Virus record (IMG/VR): IMGVR_UViG_3300012347_000058
Span: 1 to 36,672 of that record
From: a virus
Taxonomy: Duplodnaviria; Caudoviricetes
DNA: 36,672 nt
Strand: one strand, 5' to 3'
This document shows positions 1-7,491 of the stretch, one piece after another. The notes beneath the pieces are model-generated. The model saw only the letters and a list, made by a program, of their open reading frames with translations. It was not told where the DNA came from and ran no database searches. The position numbers were made by a program, and so were the translations under genes. The first letter of the stretch is position 1, and every line of letters starts with the position of its first letter.

Positions 1-75
1 CTGCCAAGCAAATCAAAGAATACGCCCAACAACAACGTCAACAAGCAGAGGATGCACCGCTATGAGTAAAGAAGC
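1..75 (+). repeat. Direct repeat of 36213-36287 (55 nt exact, 3 mismatches, then 17 nt exact); probable circularisation or assembly overlap
   Basis: ctgccaagc...gaggatgc is identical at 1-55 and 36213-36267; acc vs ttt follows, then gctatgagtaaagaagc in both copies. Confidence 0.95.
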
Positions 76-634
76 AATGAAGCTGGCGCTTGAGCTATTA
101 AAGTCAGCACATGTATCTACTGACTTAGTTTGGAAGCGGCATGACTGCGTACAAGCCCTAGAAGAATCACTAGCCAAGCAAGAATGTGTTTACACCAACG
201 ACACATTAGAAGAACGTGTTGCTAAAACACGCGAAAACGTACATGAGCCTGAGTGGTATCACGTCATAGATGTGCATGGATGTAATCGTTTTTATCATCA
301 AACAGAAGACTGCCCTTATAAAGTAAAAACACCTCTCTACACCACACCACAACCAAAGCAAGAGCAGGGTGAGCCTGTGGCGACACCTCAAGAAATCTAT
401 AACAAGATTTGTCTTGGCTTGGCGGAGGCTGGTTGCAAACTTTCAGAACAACAGAAGATGGCGCTTGCTTTGCTGGTTCAAAACACTACACCACAACAAC
501 GCAAGCCGCTGACGGATAAGCAGCTAAACATTATTGGCTCACGTTGGCATCTAAACCTACTTGGCACGGATGAAAAAGCCGAACTGTTTGCATTTGCCAG
601 AGCAATCGAAGCCGCCCACGGCATTAAGGAGTAA
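62..634 (+). CDS. Mosaic phage early protein with EPVA/PLYT modules (Eaa/DUF551-like)
   Basis: 190 aa ORF with motifs EPEWY...PLYTTP, GEPVA and a C-terminal FARAIEAAHGI typical of lambdoid accessory proteins. Confidence 0.7.
   Translation: MSKEAMKLALELLKSAHVSTDLVWKRHDCVQALEESLAKQECVYTNDTLEERVAKTRENVHEPEWYHVIDVHGCNRFYHQTEDCPYKVKTPLYTTPQPKQEQGEPVATPQEIYNKICLGLAEAGCKLSEQQKMALALLVQNTTPQQRKPLTDKQLNIIGSRWHLNLLGTDEKAELFAFARAIEAAHGIKE
245..360 (+). repeat. Diverged direct repeat, copy 1 (copy 2 at about 895-1013)
   Basis: gagcctgagtggtatcacgtcat...ctctctacaccac occurs in both; encodes EPEWYHVIDVHGCNRFYHxTEDCPY...PLYTTP. Confidence 0.9.
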
Positions 635-637
635 GAC

Positions 638-817
638 ATGCGATATGCAGCGCGTGTGGATGCCACGCAAGAGCAACATAAGCAGCGCAGCGTTAGCGAG
701 CATTTGGAGCCTGTGGCGTTTATTGATGAGCAAGGGATATTGCGTTATTACAAACCGTCTGACTTTAATCAATGTGAATACGGTGGATTAGTTCGTTTGT
801 ATAAGGAAAAAACATGA
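638..817 (+). CDS. 59 aa chimeric ORF: N-terminus of the VRR-NUC gene fused to an EPVA module
   Basis: Manual translation MRYAARVDATQEQHKQRSVSEHLEPVAFIDEQGILRYY...RLYKEKT*; aggag RBS upstream; stop overlaps the ATG at 814 (ATGA). Confidence 0.65.
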   Translation: MRYAARVDATQEQHKQRSVSEHLEPVAFIDEQGILRYYKPSDFNQCEYGGLVRLYKEKT

Positions 818-1293
818 CATCAGAACAAGACAAATTTTGCGATAACAACTGTGTATGGACTGACCATCATCCTGACTGCAAGTTATCACAAAAAGAGCCT
901 GAGTGGTATCACGTCATTGATGTACACGGATGTAACCGTTTCTATCACAAGACAGAAGACTGCCCTTATGAGTTTAGAACGCCTCTCTACACCACCCCAC
1001 CACAACCGAAAGAGCCAGAGCAAAGCACTACGTGCGGGGAGCCTGTGGCGTGGATGTATGAAAGCGTGTGCGGAAATGACTTTGCAACTCGTCATAAGCC
1101 GCCAGATTACGGAAAAAACATTAGGCCCCTCTACACCAGCCCACAGCTTGGCCTAGCGTGGACACAGCAGCACTGGACTGAGTACGAACACAACATCGCA
1201 GCGGCAGAGCGTGAGGCCATTATTGATTTGGTTGCCATGTATGGCGGCCCAGTTGATTTGGAAGCAGCAATCCGAGCAAGGGGGAAGGCATGA
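814..1293 (+). CDS. Mosaic phage early protein with EPVA/PLYT modules
   Basis: 159 aa; aaggaaaa RBS; shares a block with 62..634; ends AAAEREA...AAIRARG. Confidence 0.75.
   Translation: MTSEQDKFCDNNCVWTDHHPDCKLSQKEPEWYHVIDVHGCNRFYHKTEDCPYEFRTPLYTTPPQPKEPEQSTTCGEPVAWMYESVCGNDFATRHKPPDYGKNIRPLYTSPQLGLAWTQQHWTEYEHNIAAAEREAIIDLVAMYGGPVDLEAAIRARGKA
895..1013 (+). repeat. Diverged direct repeat, copy 2
   Basis: Matches 245-360, with mostly third-position differences. Confidence 0.9.
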
Positions 1294-1553
1294 GATACGC
1301 AGCCCGTGTAGACGCAACGCAAGAACAGATTGTTAGCGCACTTCGCGCAGCAGGGGCTTATGTTTGGATTATTTCCTTACCTGTTGACCTTTTGGTTGGC
1401 TACAACGGCGTAACTTACTTGGTTGAAGTTAAAAGTGGCCCTAAAAAGGCTTTAACGAGGCTACAACAAGAGTTTTTTGCAAAGTGGGTTGGTGGTAGGT
1501 TAGAACGAATTGAAGGGCCAGAACAGGCGCTTCGCATGATTGGAGTGATATGA
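1290..1553 (+). CDS. Small PD-(D/E)XK nuclease, VRR-NUC-like
   Basis: PVDLLVGYNGVTYLVEVK catalytic pattern followed by LTxxQxxF. Confidence 0.8.
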   Translation: MRYAARVDATQEQIVSALRAAGAYVWIISLPVDLLVGYNGVTYLVEVKSGPKKALTRLQQEFFAKWVGGRLERIEGPEQALRMIGVI

Positions 1554-1759
1554 CAAAAGCATTGAAAAAACAGGTAGGCGGCACACATTACAAACAGATG
1601 CCAATTCAGCCAGCAGAGTTTATCTACATGAACGACATTGGTTTCTTTGAAGGCAACGTGGTCAAGTACGTTAGCCGTTGGCGTGACAAGGGTGGCATTG
1701 CTGACCTTGAAAAAGCCAAGCATTACATTGATATGTTGATTGAGTTTGAAAGCCGATGA
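1550..1759 (+). CDS. DUF3310 (SaV / T7 gp1.7-like) protein
   Basis: QVGGTHY, GNVVKYVSRWRDKGG and DLEKAKHY signature. Confidence 0.88.
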   Translation: MTKALKKQVGGTHYKQMPIQPAEFIYMNDIGFFEGNVVKYVSRWRDKGGIADLEKAKHYIDMLIEFESR

Positions 1760-2166
1760 GATACGACCTGATAGACCAACAACAGGCTAGTGCTTTGATG
1801 CAAAGCCTGTGGCCCAAGGTCAAGGCAGCATTGGCGGCAGGTCGCAAGCTGACGTTAGAAGTCAAAGACGCAAGCAAAAGCCGTGAGCAGGAAAAACTTT
1901 ACCATGAGTTGATTGGTCAAATAGCCAAGCAAGCACAACACTTAGGTGCTAAATGGGATGCTAAAGATTGGAAAAGATTATTGGTGCAAGAATTTTGCAA
2001 AGATAAAGGTTTGCCAGCAGGTCGTGTAATTCCAAACTTGTCAGGCGATGGAATTTGCCAGCTTGGACAGCAAACCCGCAAGTTTTCAAAAGAACAAGCT
2101 AGCGAATTCGTGGAATTCCTTATGGCATGGGCTTCTCAGCATGGTATTGAATTAAAAGGTGAATGA
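1756..2166 (+). CDS. ninB: NinB-like recombination protein
   Basis: SREQEKLYH...I.KQ, WKRLL and QTRKFSKEQASEFVEFLMAW patterns; nin-region context. Confidence 0.75.
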   Translation: MRYDLIDQQQASALMQSLWPKVKAALAAGRKLTLEVKDASKSREQEKLYHELIGQIAKQAQHLGAKWDAKDWKRLLVQEFCKDKGLPAGRVIPNLSGDGICQLGQQTRKFSKEQASEFVEFLMAWASQHGIELKGE

Positions 2167-2169
2167 TAA

Positions 2170-2631
2170 ATGTCGCGTAAAAAATGCCGCCGAAAGGTTT
2201 ATCCATTGTTAAACAGCCTGGCACATGGTATTGCTGGCGCTGCTGTGTCTGACAAGCAATCATTGGACAAATTGCGCCTTTGTGAGCTTTCAGCAATTGA
2301 CGCAATGATTAAAGGTGTTGGCACGCCAGAGGACTTTCGATGGCTTTGTGATGTGCTCAACATCGCTGAATGTATGGCTAAAGATGGCATAGGCATTGAG
2401 TTGATTGAAATTTGTGAAAAGGCTCAAAAAGAATTGCTAGATGCAAAATATAGATACGACAAACACGGCAAATTGGGCTTGTCTGGTGAAGGCATCAAAG
2501 TTTTGCGTGAGTTGATTGAAATGCACGATTTGCAGCGCACAAGTGTTGCTAGGAGTGTTTATGAAAATGCAATAAGAAAAACGGCAAATCGAATCAAATC
2601 AAGAGCAAAAGAAGTTGTTGAAATTGTTTAA
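2170..2631 (+). CDS. Hypothetical phage protein
   Basis: 153 aa ORF in operon, helical, basic N-terminus; function not recognised. Confidence 0.7.
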   Translation: MSRKKCRRKVYPLLNSLAHGIAGAAVSDKQSLDKLRLCELSAIDAMIKGVGTPEDFRWLCDVLNIAECMAKDGIGIELIEICEKAQKELLDAKYRYDKHGKLGLSGEGIKVLRELIEMHDLQRTSVARSVYENAIRKTANRIKSRAKEVVEIV

Positions 2632-2634
2632 TTT

Positions 2635-3285
2635 ATGTATTACACATATATACACAGAAAAGAAGACACAAACGAAATCTTTTACGTTGGTAAAGGAATG
2701 TGTAAACGCAATAGGGCAAACAGTCATTTCAACAGAAGCAAACATTGGGAAAACACAGTAAAAAAACACGGGTTGCGTGTTGAAATTGTTGCGTCTTGGA
2801 AAAATGAATCTGATGCTTTTTTACATGAAAAGTTTTTGATTTCTTGCTTTTTAGACATGGGATTAAAACTTACAAATCAAACTTCTGGTGGTGATGGAGC
2901 TTCTGGATACAAACACACAGAGCAATACAAAAAATGGAAGTCAGAACTTTTAAAAGAAGAATACAAAGACCCCGTTAAACGCGCAAAAAAAGCTGATGCT
3001 CAAAAAAGAAGATTTCAATCAGTTCAAGAAAGAAAACGTCATTCAGAAAATATCAAAAATGCTTGGACTAATGCAAAAAGAAAAAAAGCATCAGAAACAC
3101 AAAAAAACTTACTAAAAACAAGAAAACATAGTTGTCAACGTATGAATGATGAAATCTTGAAAGAGATGCAGAAACTAAGAGCTAATGGCTTGACATACAT
3201 TGAAATTGGAAAAATTACAGGTTTTCACAAATCTAATGTTGGTTTATTTTTAAGAAAAGCAAAACATGATGATTCCAAAATTTAA
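2635..3285 (+). CDS. GIY-YIG homing endonuclease-like protein
   Basis: YYTYIH...FYVGKG, AFLHEKFLI, LTNQTSGGDG, NUMOD3-like GYKHTE and a C-terminal HTH-like segment; visibly A-rich. Confidence 0.85.
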   Translation: MYYTYIHRKEDTNEIFYVGKGMCKRNRANSHFNRSKHWENTVKKHGLRVEIVASWKNESDAFLHEKFLISCFLDMGLKLTNQTSGGDGASGYKHTEQYKKWKSELLKEEYKDPVKRAKKADAQKRRFQSVQERKRHSENIKNAWTNAKRKKASETQKNLLKTRKHSCQRMNDEILKEMQKLRANGLTYIEIGKITGFHKSNVGLFLRKAKHDDSKI

Positions 3286-3586
3286 CTACTTCAGAAGCAA
3301 GAAGCATCTTCAGAACGTAGCCAGCCTACCTTGCCAAAACTGCTACATAGAAGGCGAAACCCAAGCCGCCCACAGCAATTGGGCTGAACACGGCAAAGGC
3401 AGGGGAATCAAGGCAAGTGATGAATTCACAGCCGCTTTGTGTCAAAAATGCCACACAGAACTAGACCAAGGCGCAAGGCTTAACAAAGAACAGCGCCGAA
3501 TGTTGTGGCAAATGGCCTATCAAAAGACCGTTGCACAGCTAAAAGGCCAAGGCAAATGGCCTGACGAGCTTAACCGTGAGCCTTAG
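3266..3586 (+). CDS. DUF968/DUF1364-like Zn-binding His-Me finger nuclease
   Basis: LPCQNC, QAAHSN, GKGRGIKASD and LCQKCH motifs. Confidence 0.78.
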   Translation: MMIPKFNYFRSKKHLQNVASLPCQNCYIEGETQAAHSNWAEHGKGRGIKASDEFTAALCQKCHTELDQGARLNKEQRRMLWQMAYQKTVAQLKGQGKWPDELNREP

Positions 3587-3734
3587 AAGCTGGCATTTTC
3601 TCGTGGCGCTTGAGTTCTTTTTCCAAAGCCGCAATCCGTTTCATTTCGTTGCGATGCTCTTTGACGGGTTCGTAATGACCTGTTGGGGTCTTTTTAGATT
3701 TCATGTCGCCAGAGACTTTAAAATTGGTAGCCAT
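3570..3734 (-). CDS. 54 aa basic hypothetical protein, opposite to flanking genes
   Basis: MATNFKVSGDMKSKK...KAHG; aggaaatcct RBS before the ATG at 3734. Confidence 0.55.
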   Translation of the reverse strand: MATNFKVSGDMKSKKTPTGHYEPVKEHRNEMKRIAALEKELKRHEKMPASKAHG

Positions 3735-3756
3735 AGGATTTCCTGTTAAAATTGCA

Positions 3757-3785
3757 TTGACATTGTGCCACCAACGGCATAAAGT
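3757..3785 (+). promoter_or_regulatory. Sigma70-type promoter
   Basis: TTGACA (3757-62), 17 nt, TAAAGT (3780-85); also TGnTAAAAT at 3744-52. Confidence 0.6.
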
Positions 3786-3813
3786 TACCAAACAACTTCC
3801 TAAAGGAAAAATC

Positions 3814-4029
3814 ATGGGTAAGATGGATTCAAACAAAGGCATCCCTAGCACTACTGGCGCTAAAGCACCAATGGGCGCAACTTCTTCTGACCGTACTGGC
3901 GAACGCGCTGGTTCCGTCAAAGGTGGTGTTGGCATGGGTAAAGAAGACGCAGTGGGCGCTGACAAGAAGTTCGACACTGGTCGCACTGCTGGCATCTGCT
4001 ACGTTAAAGAAAAAGCAGCTTACCGCTAA
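3814..4029 (+). CDS. 71 aa Gly/Lys-rich hypothetical protein
   Basis: aaaggaaaaatc RBS before ATG 3814 (MGKMDSNKG...); lies downstream of the promoter. Confidence 0.7.
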   Translation: MGKMDSNKGIPSTTGAKAPMGATSSDRTGERAGSVKGGVGMGKEDAVGADKKFDTGRTAGICYVKEKAAYR

Positions 4030-4035
4030 AAAGCG

Positions 4036-4070
4036 AAGCCCAAGTAGTTGAGAAGGAACTACAAGGGCTT
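4036..4070 (+). other. Intergenic hairpin
   Basis: AAGCCC-AA-GTAGTT-(7 nt)-AACTAC-AA-GGGCTT; no U-tract. Confidence 0.5.
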
Positions 4071-4098
4071 CTAAACAAGGCAAATAAGGAGATTCGCC

Positions 4099-4326
4099 AT
4101 GTCTGTTAAGAATTGTAAGGCTTGTGACCACTTCTGTGATAGTGGGCAAGCGATTGGAACTTGTCGGCGTTACCCGCTGTTCCAGACCCGTTCACCAAAT
4201 GAATGGTGCGGTGAATTCACGCCTGTGCCTTACTCAGAGCCTGTGCCTGATATGTTGGCATTGCCTGTTCGTGAGATGACAGAAGACAAGCCAAAACGCA
4301 AATACACCAAGAAGGTGGCGGCATGA
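4099..4326 (+). CDS. Cys-rich (probably metal-binding) hypothetical protein
   Basis: CKAC...GTCRRYP...WCGEF; aggag RBS. Confidence 0.75.
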   Translation: MSVKNCKACDHFCDSGQAIGTCRRYPLFQTRSPNEWCGEFTPVPYSEPVPDMLALPVREMTEDKPKRKYTKKVAA

Positions 4327-4607
4327 ACATCAAGCCATTGCGAGACAAAATCATTGTCAAACCTGAACAACGCTTTAAGTCTGAAGTCTTGGACTTGAGC
4401 AAGGTGGAAGGCTACCCAACAACAGGCCATGTGGTCGCTTTGGGTGACGAAGCTGAACGCCAAGGTCTAAAGATGGGCGATAAGGTTCACTTTGGTACGG
4501 TAGCGAACACAGCCAAAGACGAATATCTGAAGTTTGAGCCGCTGAAGTTGGGCGATGACCAATGCCTAAAAATGAGCTGGCAAGACATTTGCTTTGTTGA
4601 AGAATGA
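4323..4607 (+). CDS. groES: GroES-like co-chaperonin
   Basis: IKPLRDKIIVKP, GHVVALG, LKMGDKVHF and final DI..V pattern of Cpn10. Confidence 0.85.
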   Translation: MNIKPLRDKIIVKPEQRFKSEVLDLSKVEGYPTTGHVVALGDEAERQGLKMGDKVHFGTVANTAKDEYLKFEPLKLGDDQCLKMSWQDICFVEE

Positions 4608-4816
4608 TAGTCAAAGAAAACATTTACACGCTGGCGCTGGCTTACGAAATAGCCAAGAAGCAATTGGAGTTCTACAAAAAGAACGGCAACCGCTACTATG
4701 TCAGCTTGTATAAGGGCATCGTTTACTCGTTTGAGAAACGCTTCAGGAATCTGAATGAAGACATTGACCTGCTGGCTTACTTTGGTGGATTTGATGCAAC
4801 AGCAGAAAGCCAATAA
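4604..4816 (+). CDS. Hypothetical protein
   Basis: 70 aa ORF, ATGA-coupled to groES. Confidence 0.55.
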   Translation: MIVKENIYTLALAYEIAKKQLEFYKKNGNRYYVSLYKGIVYSFEKRFRNLNEDIDLLAYFGGFDATAESQ

Positions 4817-4819
4817 AAT
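4791..4819 (+). promoter_or_regulatory. Sigma70-type promoter ahead of the ART-like gene
   Basis: TTGATG (4791-96), 17 nt, TAAAAT (4814-19). Confidence 0.5.
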
Positions 4820-4844
4820 CTGGTAAACAACCAGAGGATTTCCC

Positions 4845-5762
4845 ATGCCAACCCTAGCCGACATTTACAGCGCCATCAACACAGCCAAACGCAAGGGGAG
4901 TGACTTTGTGCAAAACCCTGGCACAAGTTTGCAGCAAATGTTGGGCAACGCCAATGACCAAGCTAGGGGTTTTAACCAGTTGAATGACCAAGCACTTGCT
5001 GAAATGCAAGAAACAGGCAAGCTAACTGGTCCTGCTAGTCAACAATTGATGCAAAAAATATCTGGTGCTTACAACCCTGTCGGAATGACTGTATGGCATG
5101 GTTCGCCTCATGTATTTGAACGTTTTGACCTTGGCAAGATTGGTACAGGCGAAGGCGCTCAAATGTATGGGAAAGGGCTTTACACAGCTCAAGACCAAGA
5201 AGTTGCAAAGCGATTCACGCCTAGAGACATAGGTTTTGAAGACCAATTGATGAAACGATACAACCAAGCTGAAAAAGTTGGTGACTACACATCAATGCAA
5301 GTTTACGAAGATTTCTTGGCGCAAAAGACACCAGAAGAAATTGCCAAAAACTTTAAAGACATGGGTTTCCAAGGTAAAGATTTGATTAACGCTCAAAAAG
5401 CCTTTGACACTGCCAAAAGCCTGTATCAAAAACAAACTGAAGGTGCTTTGTATAAAGTTGACTTGCCAGACACTCACATCCGCAGAATGGTGGATTGGGA
5501 TGCGCCAATCAAGAATCAACCTTACGTTGTCAGAAATCTTGCCAAAAAGCTAGGCGTTGACATGAACGACTTGGGCGGTGACTTAGTTTGGAAAGCTGGA
5601 AAAGACGAAGCTGGAAGAAAGATGTTGCAAGAGGCAGGAATACCTGGCATCAAGTACGCAGACCAGCTTTCAAACGGTCAAGCCAAGAACACAAAGAACT
5701 TTGTAGTCTTTGACCCAAATCACTTATCCATACTTGAGCGAAACGCCCAACCAATCAAATGA
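4845..5762 (+). CDS. ADP-ribosyltransferase-like protein (ART domain of phage polyvalent proteins)
   Basis: VWHGSPHVFERFD..KIGTGEGAQMYGKGLY, GALYKVDLP, GIPGIKY and NFVVFDP motifs. Confidence 0.7.
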   Translation: MPTLADIYSAINTAKRKGSDFVQNPGTSLQQMLGNANDQARGFNQLNDQALAEMQETGKLTGPASQQLMQKISGAYNPVGMTVWHGSPHVFERFDLGKIGTGEGAQMYGKGLYTAQDQEVAKRFTPRDIGFEDQLMKRYNQAEKVGDYTSMQVYEDFLAQKTPEEIAKNFKDMGFQGKDLINAQKAFDTAKSLYQKQTEGALYKVDLPDTHIRRMVDWDAPIKNQPYVVRNLAKKLGVDMNDLGGDLVWKAGKDEAGRKMLQEAGIPGIKYADQLSNGQAKNTKNFVVFDPNHLSILERNAQPIK

Positions 5763-6181
5763 CAGACACAACCGAAACCCAAGAAAAGCGCCCTGTTGGT
5801 CGCCCGTCACTATACGACCCTGCTTATTGCGATAAGGTCGTTGAATTGGGTCGCATCGGTAAGTCAGTCGAGCAAATCGCAGCTATCCTGAACGTTTCAT
5901 TAAGAACAATGTATTCATGGCGTGATGCACATGAGGATTTTTTGCACGCCTTGGATGATGCGAAGACTTATGAGCAAGCATGGTGGGAAGAACAAGCCGC
6001 TGCTTACATGGTTGAGAACAAGGAAAGCGACAAATTGAACACTGGCCTTTGGTCGCGTTCAATGGCTGCTCGATTTCCAAAGAAGTACCGTGAAAGCACA
6101 AAGACTGAAATCACAGGTGCTGATGGTGCGCCTTTGCTTTCAGGCATTAACGTGACGTTTGTGAAGCCCACAGAGGAATGA
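5759..6181 (+). CDS. terS: Terminase small subunit
   Basis: GRPSLY, HTH-like segment, EITGADGAPL tail; directly upstream of TerL. Confidence 0.85.
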   Translation: MTDTTETQEKRPVGRPSLYDPAYCDKVVELGRIGKSVEQIAAILNVSLRTMYSWRDAHEDFLHALDDAKTYEQAWWEEQAAAYMVENKESDKLNTGLWSRSMAARFPKKYRESTKTEITGADGAPLLSGINVTFVKPTEE

Positions 6182-7461
6182 GCGAAGTCAACACCGCCAT
6201 TGCTAATGCACAGTTTCCCATCAAGCTGCAATGCTTGTTTGAGAAGTCACGCTATAAAGTCTTGTATGGTGGTCGCGGTGGCGCTAAGTCATGGGGTGTG
6301 GCAAGGGCGTTGCTGATTAAAGCCGCCAAAGACCCGTTGCGCATCCTGTGCGCTCGTGAGTTTCAGACTTCAATCAAGGATTCAGTCCACAAGCTGCTGT
6401 GCGACCAGATTGAATCCCTAGGGTTAGGCTCGTTCTACGAGATTACCCAAACCAGCATCCGTGGCAAGAATGGGTCAGAGTTCAGCTTTGTTGGCCTGAA
6501 GAACAACGTGGCGAACGTCAAGTCTTATGAAGGCGTGGACATTTGTTGGGTGGAAGAAGCGCAGACAACCAGCCGCTTAAGCTGGAACGTGCTAATCCCA
6601 ACCATCCGCAAGCCCAATTCTGAGATTTGGATTACGTTCAACCCTGAGTTGGAATCTGACGAAACTTACCAGCGGTTCGTGCTTCACCCACCTGATGACT
6701 GCATTGTGGTCAAGATTAACTGGTCAGATAACCCTTGGTTTCCTGACACGCTACGTCTTGAGAAAGACCAGCTCAAAACCCGCGACCCGCAAGCCTACAA
6801 CGTGGTTTGGGAAGGTTTGTGCCGCCAAACGGTTGATGGCGCTGTGTTTGCCAAAGAAATGCAAGTGGCTGAGTTGGATGGGCGCATCACAAAGGTCAAC
6901 TACGACCCCACAAAGCCTGTTCACGCCATCTTTGACTTGGGTTGGTCTGACGCTACCGCCATTTGGTTTTTGCAGTTTGTGGGCATGGAAACACGCATCA
7001 TTCGCTACATTGAAGGCAACCAGCAGACAATGAGCGAGTATCTGGCAAAGATGCAAACGTTTGGGTATATCTATGACACGCTTTGGCTACCGCATGACGC
7101 TGAAAACAAGACTTTGGCTGGCAATGGTCGCAGCATTGAAGAAATTGTCAGGGCTGCTGGCTACAAGACCAAAATCATCGGCAAAACCCCTATCTTGGAC
7201 AGTATCAACGCTGCCCGAACAATCTTCAGAAACTGCTGGTTTGACCGTGACAATTGCCACGAAGGATTGCAGTGCTTGCGTCACTACCGTTACGATGTTG
7301 ACCCAGACACCAAGCAGTTCAGCAAAACACCAGTTCACGACCAATATTCCCACGGGGCTGACGCTTTCCGTTACATTGGTTTGATGATTAACGAACCCAA
7401 AGAGCGCAGAAGGCCAAAGCAAACGCAATATTATGGTGGCGCACACGGCTGGATGGGCTAA
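6178..7461 (+). CDS. terL: Terminase large subunit (PBSX-type)
   Basis: Walker A YGGRGGAKS, Walker B WVEEA, nuclease DLG..D and HGADAFRY. Confidence 0.97.
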   Translation: MSEVNTAIANAQFPIKLQCLFEKSRYKVLYGGRGGAKSWGVARALLIKAAKDPLRILCAREFQTSIKDSVHKLLCDQIESLGLGSFYEITQTSIRGKNGSEFSFVGLKNNVANVKSYEGVDICWVEEAQTTSRLSWNVLIPTIRKPNSEIWITFNPELESDETYQRFVLHPPDDCIVVKINWSDNPWFPDTLRLEKDQLKTRDPQAYNVVWEGLCRQTVDGAVFAKEMQVAELDGRITKVNYDPTKPVHAIFDLGWSDATAIWFLQFVGMETRIIRYIEGNQQTMSEYLAKMQTFGYIYDTLWLPHDAENKTLAGNGRSIEEIVRAAGYKTKIIGKTPILDSINAARTIFRNCWFDRDNCHEGLQCLRHYRYDVDPDTKQFSKTPVHDQYSHGADAFRYIGLMINEPKERRRPKQTQYYGGAHGWMG

Positions 7462-7491
7462 AATTGGCAAACTTGTCAACCTAGGACATAT

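Noticed and set aside
561-791. 76 aa + strand ORF from the track
   Set aside because: Overlaps 62..634 and lacks an RBS; the 638..817 frame has an RBS, translational coupling and recognisable modules
245-1050. Repeats as a possible CRISPR array
   Set aside because: The repeats are in-frame coding modules with irregular spacing, and there are no cas genes
3735-3995. N-terminal extension of the 141 aa minus ORF (and the 3703 start of the plus ORF)
   Set aside because: The two extensions overlap each other and the promoter; RBS-supported starts are at 3734 (-) and 3814 (+)
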